Assembly: GCA_017988155.1 (NCBI GenBank)
Contig: JAGNSF010000001.1
Span: 1-50,200 of the forward strand
Length of the DNA stretch: 50,200 nucleotides
Direction: 5' to 3'
Origin: Flavobacterium sp.
Lineage (GTDB): Bacteria; Bacteroidota; Bacteroidia; Flavobacteriales; Flavobacteriaceae
Shown piece after piece: positions 30,883-40,127 of the stretch. The notes beneath the pieces are model-generated. The model worked only from the letters and a program-made list of their open reading frames with translations. It ran no database searches and was not told the origin of the DNA. The position numbers and the translations under genes are program-made. Position 1 is the first letter of the stretch. Every line of letters starts with the position of its first letter.

Positions 30883-32184
30883 ATGAAACTCAAACAGCTA
30901 GTAAGCAATCTAAAAGGAGATAAGGTAATTTGGTCATTCTTGGCTTTATTGGCTTTGTTTTCCTTTATGCCTGTTTTTAGCGCAAGTACTAATTTAGCTT
31001 TTGGTCGAGATGGAGATGGAAATACTTTAGGCTATCTAGTGAAGCATTTGGCTCATTTAGGAATGGGTTTCATGATTATTTATTTTGTTCATAAAGTTCC
31101 CTACCATTATTTTAGAGTAATTTCAAGAATTGGTTTACCGGTTGTATGGGGCTTGTTAGCACTCACGTTGTTTAAAGGAACCAATATTGGCGGAGCCAAT
31201 GCAAGTCGATGGTTACAATTGCCATTTATTGGAATTTCATTTCAAACCTCTTCTATAGCAGCTATCATTTTATACATTTATGTAGCTCGTTATTTATCTA
31301 AAACAAGAGAAATTCCAGTGACTTTTAAAGCCTCTTTTGTTGAGTTATGGATTCCGGTATTTATCACTTTAGCATTGATTTTGCCTGCGAATTTTTCGAC
31401 TACTGCTTTAATGTTTGTGATGGTGGTTATGATTGCTTTTGTAGGACAGTATCAATTGAAATACATTGGTTACATTATGGCAATGGCTATAGCAGGATTA
31501 TTAATTTTTGTGGTGTTGTCAAAAGCTTTTCCAGATTCAAAATTCTTTAGCAGGGTAGATACCTGGATTAGTAGAATTGAAAATTACGGTACTGATAAAG
31601 TAGGGGAAGATGAATATCAAATCAATGCTGCAAAAACCGCTATTGCTTCAGGAAACTTTACTGGAGTTGGTCCTGGAAAGAGTGTGCAAAGACACTTTTT
31701 ACCACAATCATCTTCTGATTTTATTTATGCTATTATCGTTGAAGAATATGGTTTAGTTGGTGGACTTGGTGTTTTAGGGTTATACCTTTTGTTACTCTTC
31801 CGATTTGTAATTGCAGCGCATAAAGCCAATACGTTGTTTGGAAAATTGGTCGTCATTAGTTTGGGTTTTCCATTGATTTTTCAAGCCTTAATCAATATGG
31901 CGGTGGCAGTGGAACTATTGCCTGTTACAGGACAAACCTTACCCTTGATAAGTAGTGGTGGAAGTTCTATTTGGATGACTTGTTTTGCACTTGGGATCAT
32001 AATTAATGTCACGAAAAAGGAAGAAGAAATTGAAGAAGAACAAAAGGAAGCTGCAAAACGAGAAGAAGCACTTCAAAAGTTAATAGACCAACAATTAGAA
32101 GCAGACGATCAGCAAACAGAAACAGACAATTACTCCATTCAAGATAACTCGAAAAATCCGATGGATGCAGTACTAAACAAATAG
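30883..32184 (+). CDS. ftsW: SEDS peptidoglycan polymerase FtsW
   Basis: Multi-TM; [29 protein letters not shown]. Confidence 0.93.
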   Translation: MKLKQLVSNLKGDKVIWSFLALLALFSFMPVFSASTNLAFGRDGDGNTLGYLVKHLAHLGMGFMIIYFVHKVPYHYFRVISRIGLPVVWGLLALTLFKGTNIGGANASRWLQLPFIGISFQTSSIAAIILYIYVARYLSKTREIPVTFKASFVELWIPVFITLALILPANFSTTALMFVMVVMIAFVGQYQLKYIGYIMAMAIAGLLIFVVLSKAFPDSKFFSRVDTWISRIENYGTDKVGEDEYQINAAKTAIASGNFTGVGPGKSVQRHFLPQSSSDFIYAIIVEEYGLVGGLGVLGLYLLLLFRFVIAAHKANTLFGKLVVISLGFPLIFQALINMAVAVELLPVTGQTLPLISSGGSSIWMTCFALGIIINVTKKEEEIEEEQKEAAKREEALQKLIDQQLEADDQQTETDNYSIQDNSKNPMDAVLNK

Positions 32185-32194
32185 CAAATTTACC

Positions 32195-33283
32195 ATGAGA
32201 ACATACAAATTCATATTAAGCGGAGGAGGAACAGGAGGTCATATTTATCCAGCAATTGCTATCGCTAATGAATTGAAATCTCGTTTCCCTGATGCTGAAT
32301 TTCTTTTTGTTGGCGCTCAGGATAAAATGGAAATGCAGAAAGTGCCTCAGGCAGGGTATCCAATAAAAGGACTTTGGATTGCAGGTTTGCAAAGGCGATT
32401 TACTTTAGACAATGCCTTGTTTCCAGTAAAACTATTAAGTAGTTTGTTGAAATCAAGACAAATCATTAAAGAGTTTAAACCTGATGTGGTAATTGGAACT
32501 GGTGGTTTTGCAAGTGGACCATTATTACAAATGGCAAATAGTGCAGGCATACCGACTGTAATACAAGAACAAAATTCCTATCCTGGAATTACCAATAAAT
32601 TATTGAGTAAAAAAGCCAATGCAATTTGTGTGGCTTATGAAAATTTGGAACGCTTTTTTCCTAAAGAAAAAATTGTTTTAACAGGTAATCCAGTGCGTCA
32701 AGATTTGATCACCATTGATGGCAATAGAGCCGAAGGATTATCTCACTTCAATTTGGACCCAAATAAAAAGACGATTTTGATTTTGGGTGGAAGTTTAGGA
32801 GCACGTCGTGTGAATCAATTGATTGAAAAAGAATTGGATTTTTTCGCTTCGCAAAATGTACAATTACTTTGGCAATGTGGAAAATTGTATTTTGAAGAAT
32901 ATCAAAAATACAATTCAGCTAACGTACAAGTTATGGCTTTTATTGAACGAATGGATTTGGTTTATGCTGCCGCAGATATCGTGATTTCTAGAGCAGGAGC
33001 TTCTTCGGTTTCGGAATTGTGTATTGTAGGGAAACCAGTAATTTTTATTCCATCACCTAATGTAGCTGAAGATCATCAAACAAAGAATGCTAAATCGGTT
33101 GCCGATAAAAATGGGGCTATTTTGATTCGTGAAAGCGACTTGGATACCACTTTTGAATCGACTTTTTCAGATTTGATTGCCAGTGATAGCAAGCAAAATG
33201 AATTGAGTCAAAACATCAAAAAATTGGCTTTGCCAAATGCAACCAAAGCCATTGTAGAAGAGATACTAAAATTAATCAAATAA
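32195..33283 (+). CDS. murG: Lipid II GlcNAc transferase
   Basis: GGGTGGH, EQNS.PG, GNPVR, GGSLGA, SRAGA. Confidence 0.96.
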   Translation: MRTYKFILSGGGTGGHIYPAIAIANELKSRFPDAEFLFVGAQDKMEMQKVPQAGYPIKGLWIAGLQRRFTLDNALFPVKLLSSLLKSRQIIKEFKPDVVIGTGGFASGPLLQMANSAGIPTVIQEQNSYPGITNKLLSKKANAICVAYENLERFFPKEKIVLTGNPVRQDLITIDGNRAEGLSHFNLDPNKKTILILGGSLGARRVNQLIEKELDFFASQNVQLLWQCGKLYFEEYQKYNSANVQVMAFIERMDLVYAAADIVISRAGASSVSELCIVGKPVIFIPSPNVAEDHQTKNAKSVADKNGAILIRESDLDTTFESTFSDLIASDSKQNELSQNIKKLALPNATKAIVEEILKLIK

Positions 33284-33320
33284 TTAACAGAACACTTAAG
33301 TGTTTTGTTGCAAGTAAGAA

Positions 33321-34670
33321 ATGAACTTAAATCAAATACATAACGTCTTTTTTATAGGAATCGGAGGAATCGGAATGAGTGCTTTGGCGCGTTATTTTAA
33401 AACCATCGGGAAAAATGTTTCGGGTTACGATAAAACGCCTTCGATGTTAACCGATGAATTAATTGCGAGTGGCATCGATATTCATTTTGAAGACCGTATT
33501 GATTTAATACCGAAGGGCTATTATACAGAAAATACCTTAGTCATTATTACGCCGGCTGTTCCAGTGACGCATTCGCAATGGAATTATTTTTTAGAGCGTG
33601 AATACGAAGTTAAAAAGCGTGCTGAAGTTTTAGGAATTATTACTAAAGATACATTTTGTTTTGCGGTAGCAGGAACGCATGGTAAAACTACAACATCAAG
33701 TATTTTAGGTCATATTTTATTTGAAAGTGGTGCTGATGTAACTGCTTTTGTGGGCGGAATAGTAGAAAATTATAATTCCAATTTAATTGGAACTGGAAAA
33801 ACAGTGACGGTTGTTGAAGCCGATGAATTTGACCGTTCGTTCTTGCATTTACACCCTAATATTGCTTGTGTAACCTCTATGGATGCCGATCATTTGGATA
33901 TTTATGGAACAAGTGAAGAAATTGAAGCGTCGTTTGTAGAGTTTGCTAACAAAGTAGAAGATAAGAGTCAATTGTTTATTACGAATGAGTTGCCAATAAA
34001 AGGAGTGACTTGTGCAGTAAATGTGGAAGCGGTCTATAGAGCGTTTAATGTGAGAGTTGGAAACGGGAGTTATGTTTTTGACGTACAAACGCCAACAGAA
34101 ATCATTCGTGATATTGCTTTCGGATTGCCAGGCAGACACAATTTGATGAATGCTTTGATGGCTTTGGCTATGGCTAAAACTTTTGGAACTTCGACAGAAG
34201 CGATTGCAAAAGCATTGGCTTCATTTCAAGGAATTAGAAGGCGCTTTTCGTATCAGATAAAAACGTCAAATTTGGTGTATATCGATGATTATGCACATCA
34301 TCCAACAGAAATAAATGCAGTACATCAAGCAGTTCGCGAATTATATCCGAACCAAAAAGTACTGGCTATTTTTCAACCGCATTTATTTAGTAGAACGAAA
34401 GATTTTGCAGATGATTTTGCAAAAAGTTTATCTCAATTTGATGAAGTGCTTTTATTAGATATTTATCCAGCACGCGAATTGCCAATGGAGGGAATTACGT
34501 CGCAATGGTTGATGAATAAAATGACAAGTGAAGATAAAAAATTGGTATCCAAAGAAGATTTAATTCCGACAATTTTAGCAACGGATGCTCGAATTGTTGT
34601 AACAATTGGAGCGGGAGATTTAGGTGAAATGGTACCATCAATAAAAAATGCATTGTATGAAACGATTTAA
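33321..34670 (+). CDS. murC: UDP-MurNAc:L-Ala ligase
   Basis: GIGGIGMS, GTHGKTT, EADE, DDYAHHP. Confidence 0.96.
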   Translation: MNLNQIHNVFFIGIGGIGMSALARYFKTIGKNVSGYDKTPSMLTDELIASGIDIHFEDRIDLIPKGYYTENTLVIITPAVPVTHSQWNYFLEREYEVKKRAEVLGIITKDTFCFAVAGTHGKTTTSSILGHILFESGADVTAFVGGIVENYNSNLIGTGKTVTVVEADEFDRSFLHLHPNIACVTSMDADHLDIYGTSEEIEASFVEFANKVEDKSQLFITNELPIKGVTCAVNVEAVYRAFNVRVGNGSYVFDVQTPTEIIRDIAFGLPGRHNLMNALMALAMAKTFGTSTEAIAKALASFQGIRRRFSYQIKTSNLVYIDDYAHHPTEINAVHQAVRELYPNQKVLAIFQPHLFSRTKDFADDFAKSLSQFDEVLLLDIYPARELPMEGITSQWLMNKMTSEDKKLVSKEDLIPTILATDARIVVTIGAGDLGEMVPSIKNALYETI

Positions 34671-35379
34671 TTGGATAACAATTCGGCTAGTGCTCATGTT
34701 TGTGTTGGTAATTTTATTGTTTTCGTTTACATCAAATCGAAATGAAAACAGAAAATTAACCAAAACAAAAGTGGTTTTTGTTGGAGAAAACTCAAATTTT
34801 CTTAAACAGGAAACGGTTAATAAATTGTTAATAGAAAATAGTGTAGACGCTTCAGCTATCCGAAAAGATAAATTAGATTTGAATAAATTAGAAAAAGCCG
34901 TTAATTCAAATCAAATGGTTGAAGAATCAGAAGTGTTTGTAACTGTTGACGGAGTGCTAAAAGCAGTAGTAAAACAGAAAACTCCAATAGCAAGAGTTTT
35001 TGATGGTCGTCGTTCTTTTTATATTGATTACAAGGGAAATACAATGCCGTTATCGGCAAATTTCACTGCCAGAGTTCCCCTCGTTTTGGGAGTGATAAAT
35101 AAAAAAAATAGCGAGGCTTTAGCTGAATTATTTCGAAAAATTTATGACGATGCGTTTTTGAAAAAAAACATCATTGCCATTCAAATTATGCCTAATGGTA
35201 GCTTAAAAATGTTGAATAGAAATTTTGATTTTCAAATTGATTTTGGTGGAACCATCAATGTGGATCGAAAAATTAGAAATTATAAAGCATTTTTTCAAAA
35301 GGCAATTGTAGATAGTTCGTTGTATAAATATAAAAAAATTGATCTGCGTTTTACGGAACAAGTAGTTTGCACAAAATAA
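34657..35379 (+). CDS. ftsQ: Cell division protein FtsQ/DivIB
   Basis: N-terminal TM, POTRA-like region, C-terminal IDLRF..QVV; position between murC and ftsA; start 34657 or 34648. Confidence 0.85.
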   Translation: MKRFNWITIRLVLMFVLVILLFSFTSNRNENRKLTKTKVVFVGENSNFLKQETVNKLLIENSVDASAIRKDKLDLNKLEKAVNSNQMVEESEVFVTVDGVLKAVVKQKTPIARVFDGRRSFYIDYKGNTMPLSANFTARVPLVLGVINKKNSEALAELFRKIYDDAFLKKNIIAIQIMPNGSLKMLNRNFDFQIDFGGTINVDRKIRNYKAFFQKAIVDSSLYKYKKIDLRFTEQVVCTK

Positions 35380-35385
35380 GAGGTA

Positions 35386-36771
35386 ATGGAAAAAGAGAAT
35401 ATTGCAGTAGGACTAGACATTGGGACAACTAAAATTGTCGCTATGATAGGCAAAAAAAATGAGTACGGTAAACTAGAAATTTTGGGTGTTGGAAAATCCA
35501 AAAGTTTAGGTGTGGCTAGAGGTGTTGTGAATAATATCACACAGACAATTCAATCTATCCAACATGCGGTACAAGAAGCTGAAAATAACTCAGGTTATAA
35601 AATAAAAGATTGTGTAGTAGGTATTGCGGGTCAACACATTCGTAGTATTCAACATACCGATTACATCAGCAGAAGCAATCCTGAAGAAGTGATTGGAGGG
35701 AATGATATTCAATTGTTGATTGATCAAGTAAATAAATTAGCAATGCTTCCAGGGGAAGAAATTATTCACGTATTGCCTCAAGAATTTAAAATTGATGGTC
35801 AAGCCGAAATAAAAGAACCAATTGGGATGTATGGCGGACGTTTAGAGTCAAGTTTTCACGTAGTAGTGGGGCAGGCTTCGTCAATTAGAAACGTGGGACG
35901 TTGTATTCACGATTCTGGAATTGAATTGTCTGGTTTGACATTGGAACCTTTGGCTTCATCAGATGCTGTTTTGAGCCAAGAAGAAAAAGAAGCTGGAGTA
36001 GCGCTAATTGATATTGGTGGTGGAACAACGGATTTGGCTATTTTCAAAGATGGTATTATTCGTCACACTGCAGTAATTCCTTTCGGAGGAAATGTAATTA
36101 CAGAGGATATCAAAGAAGGTTGTTCGATTATTGAAAAACAAGCCGAATTATTGAAAGTAAAATTTGGTTCAGCTTGGCCAGGAGAAAATAGAGAAAATGA
36201 AATTGTTTCAATTCCAGGATTGAGAGGAAGAGAGCCAAAAGAAATTTCGTTAAAGAATTTGTCTAAAATAATTCACGCTCGTGTAGTGGAGATTATTGAA
36301 CAAGTTTTTGTCGAAATCAAAGCCTACGGTCATGAAGACCCAAGAAAAAAATTAATCGCAGGAATTGTTCTTACAGGTGGAGGATCACAATTGCAACACA
36401 TCAAGCAATTAGTTGAATACATCACAGGAATGGATACAAGAATTGGTTATCCAAACGAACACTTAGCAGGGAATTCAAGTGAAGAAATCTCAAGTCCCTT
36501 ATATGCAACTGCCGTTGGTTTAGTGATGAATAGCATCGAAAACAAAACACAGAGTGCTGTTAAAATAAATCAACAGACAGAAGCCCCAAGTATGCCTGTT
36601 TACAAAGCTCCAGAAGTGGTAGCTGAGGTTGAAGTACAAGACGAAACGGTTTCAGATATACCGTCTACTGTAGAAGGATCAAAAGATAAATCTACGGGTA
36701 CTCAAATTAGAGAATCATTTTTTGATAAGTACGTTACTAAAATCAAGGATTTCTTAGACAATGCAGAATAG
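35386..36771 (+). CDS. ftsA: Cell division protein FtsA
   Basis: GLDIGTTKI, DIGGGTTD, LTGGGS actin-like motifs. Confidence 0.96.
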   Translation: MEKENIAVGLDIGTTKIVAMIGKKNEYGKLEILGVGKSKSLGVARGVVNNITQTIQSIQHAVQEAENNSGYKIKDCVVGIAGQHIRSIQHTDYISRSNPEEVIGGNDIQLLIDQVNKLAMLPGEEIIHVLPQEFKIDGQAEIKEPIGMYGGRLESSFHVVVGQASSIRNVGRCIHDSGIELSGLTLEPLASSDAVLSQEEKEAGVALIDIGGGTTDLAIFKDGIIRHTAVIPFGGNVITEDIKEGCSIIEKQAELLKVKFGSAWPGENRENEIVSIPGLRGREPKEISLKNLSKIIHARVVEIIEQVFVEIKAYGHEDPRKKLIAGIVLTGGGSQLQHIKQLVEYITGMDTRIGYPNEHLAGNSSEEISSPLYATAVGLVMNSIENKTQSAVKINQQTEAPSMPVYKAPEVVAEVEVQDETVSDIPSTVEGSKDKSTGTQIRESFFDKYVTKIKDFLDNAE

Positions 36772-36825
36772 AGGCCTAGCCTTAGACAATATTAAATTAA
36801 TAACAAATAGCAAAAACCAAATAAA

Positions 36826-38775
36826 ATGATGAGCAACTCAGAATTTGGAAGTATTTCATTTGATTTACCAAAGAACCAATCAAATGTAATCAAAGTAATT
36901 GGCGTTGGAGGCGGCGGGAGCAACGCCATCAACCATATGTTCAAACAAGGAATCAAAGGGGTAGATTTTATTGTTTGTAATACAGATTCACAAGCCTTAC
37001 AAAATAGTGCTGTGCCTAACAAAATTCAGTTGGGTGTACATTTAACGGAAGGATTGGGAGCTGGAGCAAATCCAGATGTAGGACAACAATCCGCTATTGA
37101 AAGTATTGCCGATATTGAAACCATGTTGGATCAAAATACTAAAATGGTATTTATCACAGCTGGTATGGGAGGTGGTACCGGAACTGGTGCTGCGCCTGTA
37201 ATTGCTCAATTGGCTAAAGAACGTAACATTCTTACGGTTGGTATCGTGACACTTCCTTTTGTTTTTGAAGGTAAAGTACGTCAAGAACAAGCCTTAATTG
37301 GAATTGAAAAATTACGCAAACAAGTTGATTCGCTAATTGTTATTAATAACAACAAATTGAGAGAAGTGTACGGAAACTTAGGTTTCAAAGCTGGTTTCTC
37401 AAAAGCGGACGAAGTATTGGCAACTGCCTCAAGAGGTATTGCTGAAGTAATTACACACCACTACACTCAAAATATCGATTTACGTGATGCTAAAACGGTA
37501 TTGTCTGATAGTGGAACAGCTATTATGGGTTCTGCAATAGCTGAAGGTGAAACTAGAGCGAAAGATGCTATTATTTCTGCTTTGGATTCTCCATTATTGA
37601 ATGACAACAAAATAACAGGTGCCAAAAACGTATTGTTGCTTATCGTTTCTGGAACTAACGAAATTACTTTGGATGAAATTGGTGAAATCAATGACCATAT
37701 TCAATCAGAAGCTGGTTTCAATGCGAATATTATCATGGGAGTTGGTGAAGACGAAACTCTTGGTGATGCTATCGCAGTAACTGTTATTGCTACAGGTTTT
37801 GACTTGGAGCAACAAAACGAAATCGTGAATTCTGAGCCAAAAAAGATCATCCACGCTTTAGAGGATGAGCAAAAAATCACGCATAATTTATCTAACACTC
37901 CAGTTCCTGCATTTGATTTGAATACAGAAACTCCAGTAGCTAGTGAAGAAAGAATTGTTTTTGAATTATTGGAAGAAGAAGAGTCAGTTGCAGAGGTAGT
38001 AGCTGAGCCAGTAGTTGCTGCTTACGAACCAATAACTAATGAAAATGATTTAATCGTAATGTCTGAATTTATCAAAAATTTAGATGTGACTTTCGAAATC
38101 GTTTCGCCAATCAACGATATTGATTTTACATTCACAACGCCTGAGGCACACGCTATCGAAACAGCACAGCCAAAAGCCGTTCAAATAGAAGAGCAAGCAA
38201 CTTTCTCATTCGATATGCCTTTGTTTAAATCAGAGCCAGTGGTAGAAGAAAATAAAGTAGTTTTTGAATTGACAAACAACGAAATCAACGATATCAATGT
38301 TGTTGAACCCATTCAATTTGTACCTGTTACTGAAGTAGCTGAAAACGGAGTAATTCGTCACTCGTTAGAAGAGTACATGGAAGTGGAACATGATTTTGTA
38401 GCAACTAAAACTGCTGAAAAAGTAGCCGAAGTAGTTCCAGAAGAGTTGAATATCACCATGAAAAAAATAGACGAATCAACTATTGCGTCTTCAGAGTTTG
38501 AATCGATTTCTCCAATGGAAATGACCATAGAAGAAACTTTACGCGCGCGCGCTGACGAAAGAAGAAGAAAGTTGAAAGATTTCAATTATAAGTTTCACAA
38601 CAACGTGTCTAAAATTGACGAGTACGAGAAAGAACCAGCTTACAAAAGATTTGGAGTAGAGCTTTCTACTAATCAATCGAATTCAAATAATTCTAGGATA
38701 TCAGTAGGAACAGACAGCAACAATGACTTGCAGTTGCGTTCAAACAACTCGTATTTACATGATAATGTAGATTAA
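36826..38775 (+). CDS. ftsZ: Cell division GTPase FtsZ with long acidic linker
   Basis: GGGGSNA, GGGTGTG tubulin signature; C-terminal PAYKR and NSYLHDNVD. Confidence 0.97.
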   Translation: MMSNSEFGSISFDLPKNQSNVIKVIGVGGGGSNAINHMFKQGIKGVDFIVCNTDSQALQNSAVPNKIQLGVHLTEGLGAGANPDVGQQSAIESIADIETMLDQNTKMVFITAGMGGGTGTGAAPVIAQLAKERNILTVGIVTLPFVFEGKVRQEQALIGIEKLRKQVDSLIVINNNKLREVYGNLGFKAGFSKADEVLATASRGIAEVITHHYTQNIDLRDAKTVLSDSGTAIMGSAIAEGETRAKDAIISALDSPLLNDNKITGAKNVLLLIVSGTNEITLDEIGEINDHIQSEAGFNANIIMGVGEDETLGDAIAVTVIATGFDLEQQNEIVNSEPKKIIHALEDEQKITHNLSNTPVPAFDLNTETPVASEERIVFELLEEEESVAEVVAEPVVAAYEPITNENDLIVMSEFIKNLDVTFEIVSPINDIDFTFTTPEAHAIETAQPKAVQIEEQATFSFDMPLFKSEPVVEENKVVFELTNNEINDINVVEPIQFVPVTEVAENGVIRHSLEEYMEVEHDFVATKTAEKVAEVVPEELNITMKKIDESTIASSEFESISPMEMTIEETLRARADERRRKLKDFNYKFHNNVSKIDEYEKEPAYKRFGVELSTNQSNSNNSRISVGTDSNNDLQLRSNNSYLHDNVD

Positions 38776-38800
38776 AGCACCCCGCTAACCAAAAACCAGT

Positions 38801-38837
38801 ATAACCCGAAAGTCATTGATTTTTGGGTTATTTTTTT
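38801..38837 (+). terminator. dcw operon terminator
   Basis: ATAACCCGAAAGTC-ATT-GATTTTTGGGTTAT followed by a T run. Confidence 0.8.
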
Positions 38838-38902
38838 ATCCTTTTACTGTTGCAATCAATCTTTTGTTAGTTCGGGTAAATTGTTCTAAATTTGCGAGCC
38901 TA

Positions 38903-39036
38903 GTCCAGCTGTCGTTGCAAGCTTTTTCTCGAAAATACTTTTTTCTAAGGAGGTAAAAGAGCTCCTAAAGTCGTTTTTTAACTCCAAGAAAAAAATACAT
39001 TTTCTCTTAAAAAGGCTTTTCACTACCATCTGGGGC
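38903..39036 (+). ncRNA. Flavo-1-like structured RNA / flavobacterial repeat in the yqeY leader
   Basis: Ends CCAGCTGTCGTTGCAAGCTTTT ... AAAAGGCTTTTCACTACCATCTGGGGC resemble, from memory, the flavobacterial Flavo-1-type element; long internal hairpin; TAAATTTG promoter at 38887. Confidence 0.55.
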
Positions 39037-39067
39037 AAACAACAAACACACTTAAAAAATAGAAAAT

Positions 39068-39517
39068 ATGAGTTTAGCCGTACACATCATGGACGAAATT
39101 AAAAACGCCATGAGAGCCAAAGATACCGTAGCATTAGAATCATTGCGTGCAGTGAAATCAGCTTTGCTTTTAGCACAAACTGAAACGGGTGCCAAAGAAG
39201 AAATTAGTGCTGAGGAAGAAATTAAATTGTTGCAACGTTTGGTCAAACAACGTAAAGACAGTGCCAATATCTACACCGAACAAGGTCGTCCTGATTTAGC
39301 GGAACCTGAATTGTTACAAGCAGCCGTAATTGAGAAATTCTTGCCTGCTCAATTATCAGAAGAGGAAGTAGCAACTGTAGTCGCTAAAATCATTGCAGAT
39401 AATGGTGCATCAGGAATGGCAGCGATGGGAAAAGTAATGGGATTGGCTTCTGCTGAATTAGCAGGAAAAGCCGATGGTAAAACCATCTCAACTATCGTAA
39501 AAAAATTATTGTCTTAA
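39068..39517 (+). CDS. GatB/YqeY domain protein
   Basis: IKNAMRAKD..LRAVKSA, KQRKDS..Y..GR.DLA, LP.QLSEEE, MGKVMG, GKADG. Confidence 0.92.
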   Translation: MSLAVHIMDEIKNAMRAKDTVALESLRAVKSALLLAQTETGAKEEISAEEEIKLLQRLVKQRKDSANIYTEQGRPDLAEPELLQAAVIEKFLPAQLSEEEVATVVAKIIADNGASGMAAMGKVMGLASAELAGKADGKTISTIVKKLLS

Positions 39518-39522
39518 TTCAG

Positions 39523-39601
39523 TAAATCGACTCGAGGCGAAGCCGAATGGTGCGAAGCTAATATCATAAATCGTACATCTTACATCTTACATCGTAAATA
39601 A
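39523..39601 (+). repeat. Heptamer tandem array (TAMATCK) interrupted by a double GCGAAGC mini-hairpin insert
   Basis: TAAATCG at 39523; GCGAAGC at 39537 and 39552; TAAATCG TACATCT TACATCT TACATCG TAAATAA at 39567..39601. Confidence 0.7.
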
Positions 39602-39604
39602 CCC

Positions 39605-39659
39605 GACTGCGTAGTTCAACTGGATACCTGTCTGCCGACAGGCAGGGAATATCAGATTT
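39605..39659 (+). repeat. tRNA-Arg 5'-half copy 1 with 20-nt hairpin insert
   Basis: GACTGCGTAGTTCAACTGGATA + CCTGTCTGCCGACAGGCAGG (39627..39646) + GAATATCAGATTT; non-insert part identical to the first 35 nt of the tRNA at 39997. Confidence 0.93.
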
Positions 39660-39664
39660 TAATA

Positions 39665-39913
39665 GTGATGGAGTATTTTGTATATGTTTTAGAAAGTGAA
39701 AAAGATGGTAGACTTTATAAAGGTCAAACGTCTAATTTGTCTAATCGAGTTCAAGAACATAATTCGGGAAAGACAAAATCTACTAAAGGATATATACCAT
39801 GGAAATTAGTATATTTCGAAAAATTTGAAACAAGAGAGGAAGCTGTTCTTCGTGAAAAATTCTTAAAGACAGGCATTGGAAGAGAATTTTTAAAAAAAGT
39901 ATTGAATAAATAA
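39665..39913 (+). CDS. Stand-alone GIY-YIG nuclease family protein
   Basis: FVY..LYKG (GIY-YIG equivalents), conserved R and EHN, WKLVY.E, A..RE..LK; start GTG 39665 or ATG 39668. Confidence 0.9.
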   Translation: MMEYFVYVLESEKDGRLYKGQTSNLSNRVQEHNSGKTKSTKGYIPWKLVYFEKFETREEAVLREKFLKTGIGREFLKKVLNK

Positions 39914-39968
39914 GACTGCGTAGTTCAACTGGATACCTGTCTGCCGACAGGCAGGGAATATCAGATTT
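39914..39968 (+). repeat. tRNA-Arg 5'-half copy 2 with the same 20-nt insert
   Basis: 55/55 identical to 39605..39659; starts on the base after the GIY-YIG TAA stop; insert at 39936..39955. Confidence 0.93.
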
Positions 39969-39996
39969 AACAAGTAGTGATTAATAAAATAAACCC

Positions 39997-40070
39997 GACT
40001 GCGTAGTTCAACTGGATAGAATATCAGATTTCGGCTCTGAGGGTTGCAGGTTCGAACCCTGCCGTGGTCA
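39997..40070 (+). tRNA. tRNA-Arg(TCG)
   Basis: GACTGCG/CGTGGTC acceptor stem, GTTC/GAAT D-stem, TCAGA-TT-TCG-GC-TCTGA anticodon arm, GCAGG-TTCGAAC-CCTGC T arm. Confidence 0.95.
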
Positions 40071-40071
40071 C
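40047..40071 (+). repeat. att core, left junction (tRNA-Arg 3' end)
   Basis: CAGGTTCGAACCCTGCCGTGGTCAC, repeated exactly at 46866..46890. Confidence 0.93.
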
Positions 40072-40077
40072 TTTTTT

Positions 40078-40115
40078 AAACGCAATTACCTATTAACAAA
40101 GGGATTGCGTTTTTT
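40078..40115 (+). terminator. Element-supplied terminator downstream of the tRNA
   Basis: AAACGCAATT...GATTGCGTTT stem followed by a T run. Confidence 0.6.
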
Positions 40116-40127
40116 GTTTTTTAGTCT

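Noticed and set aside
23120-38775. dcw cluster lacking murF and ddl
   Set aside because: This is the usual arrangement in Bacteroidota and is not notable.
37800-38775. Very long acidic FtsZ C-terminal region as a possible fusion or intein
   Set aside because: Long acidic linkers ending in N.(F/Y)LHDNVD are typical of flavobacterial FtsZ, and there are no intein motifs.
39605-40030. Three near-identical repeats read as a CRISPR array
   Set aside because: The repeats are tRNA-Arg sequence, the spacers are 254 and 28 bp (one is a gene), and no cas genes are present in the window.
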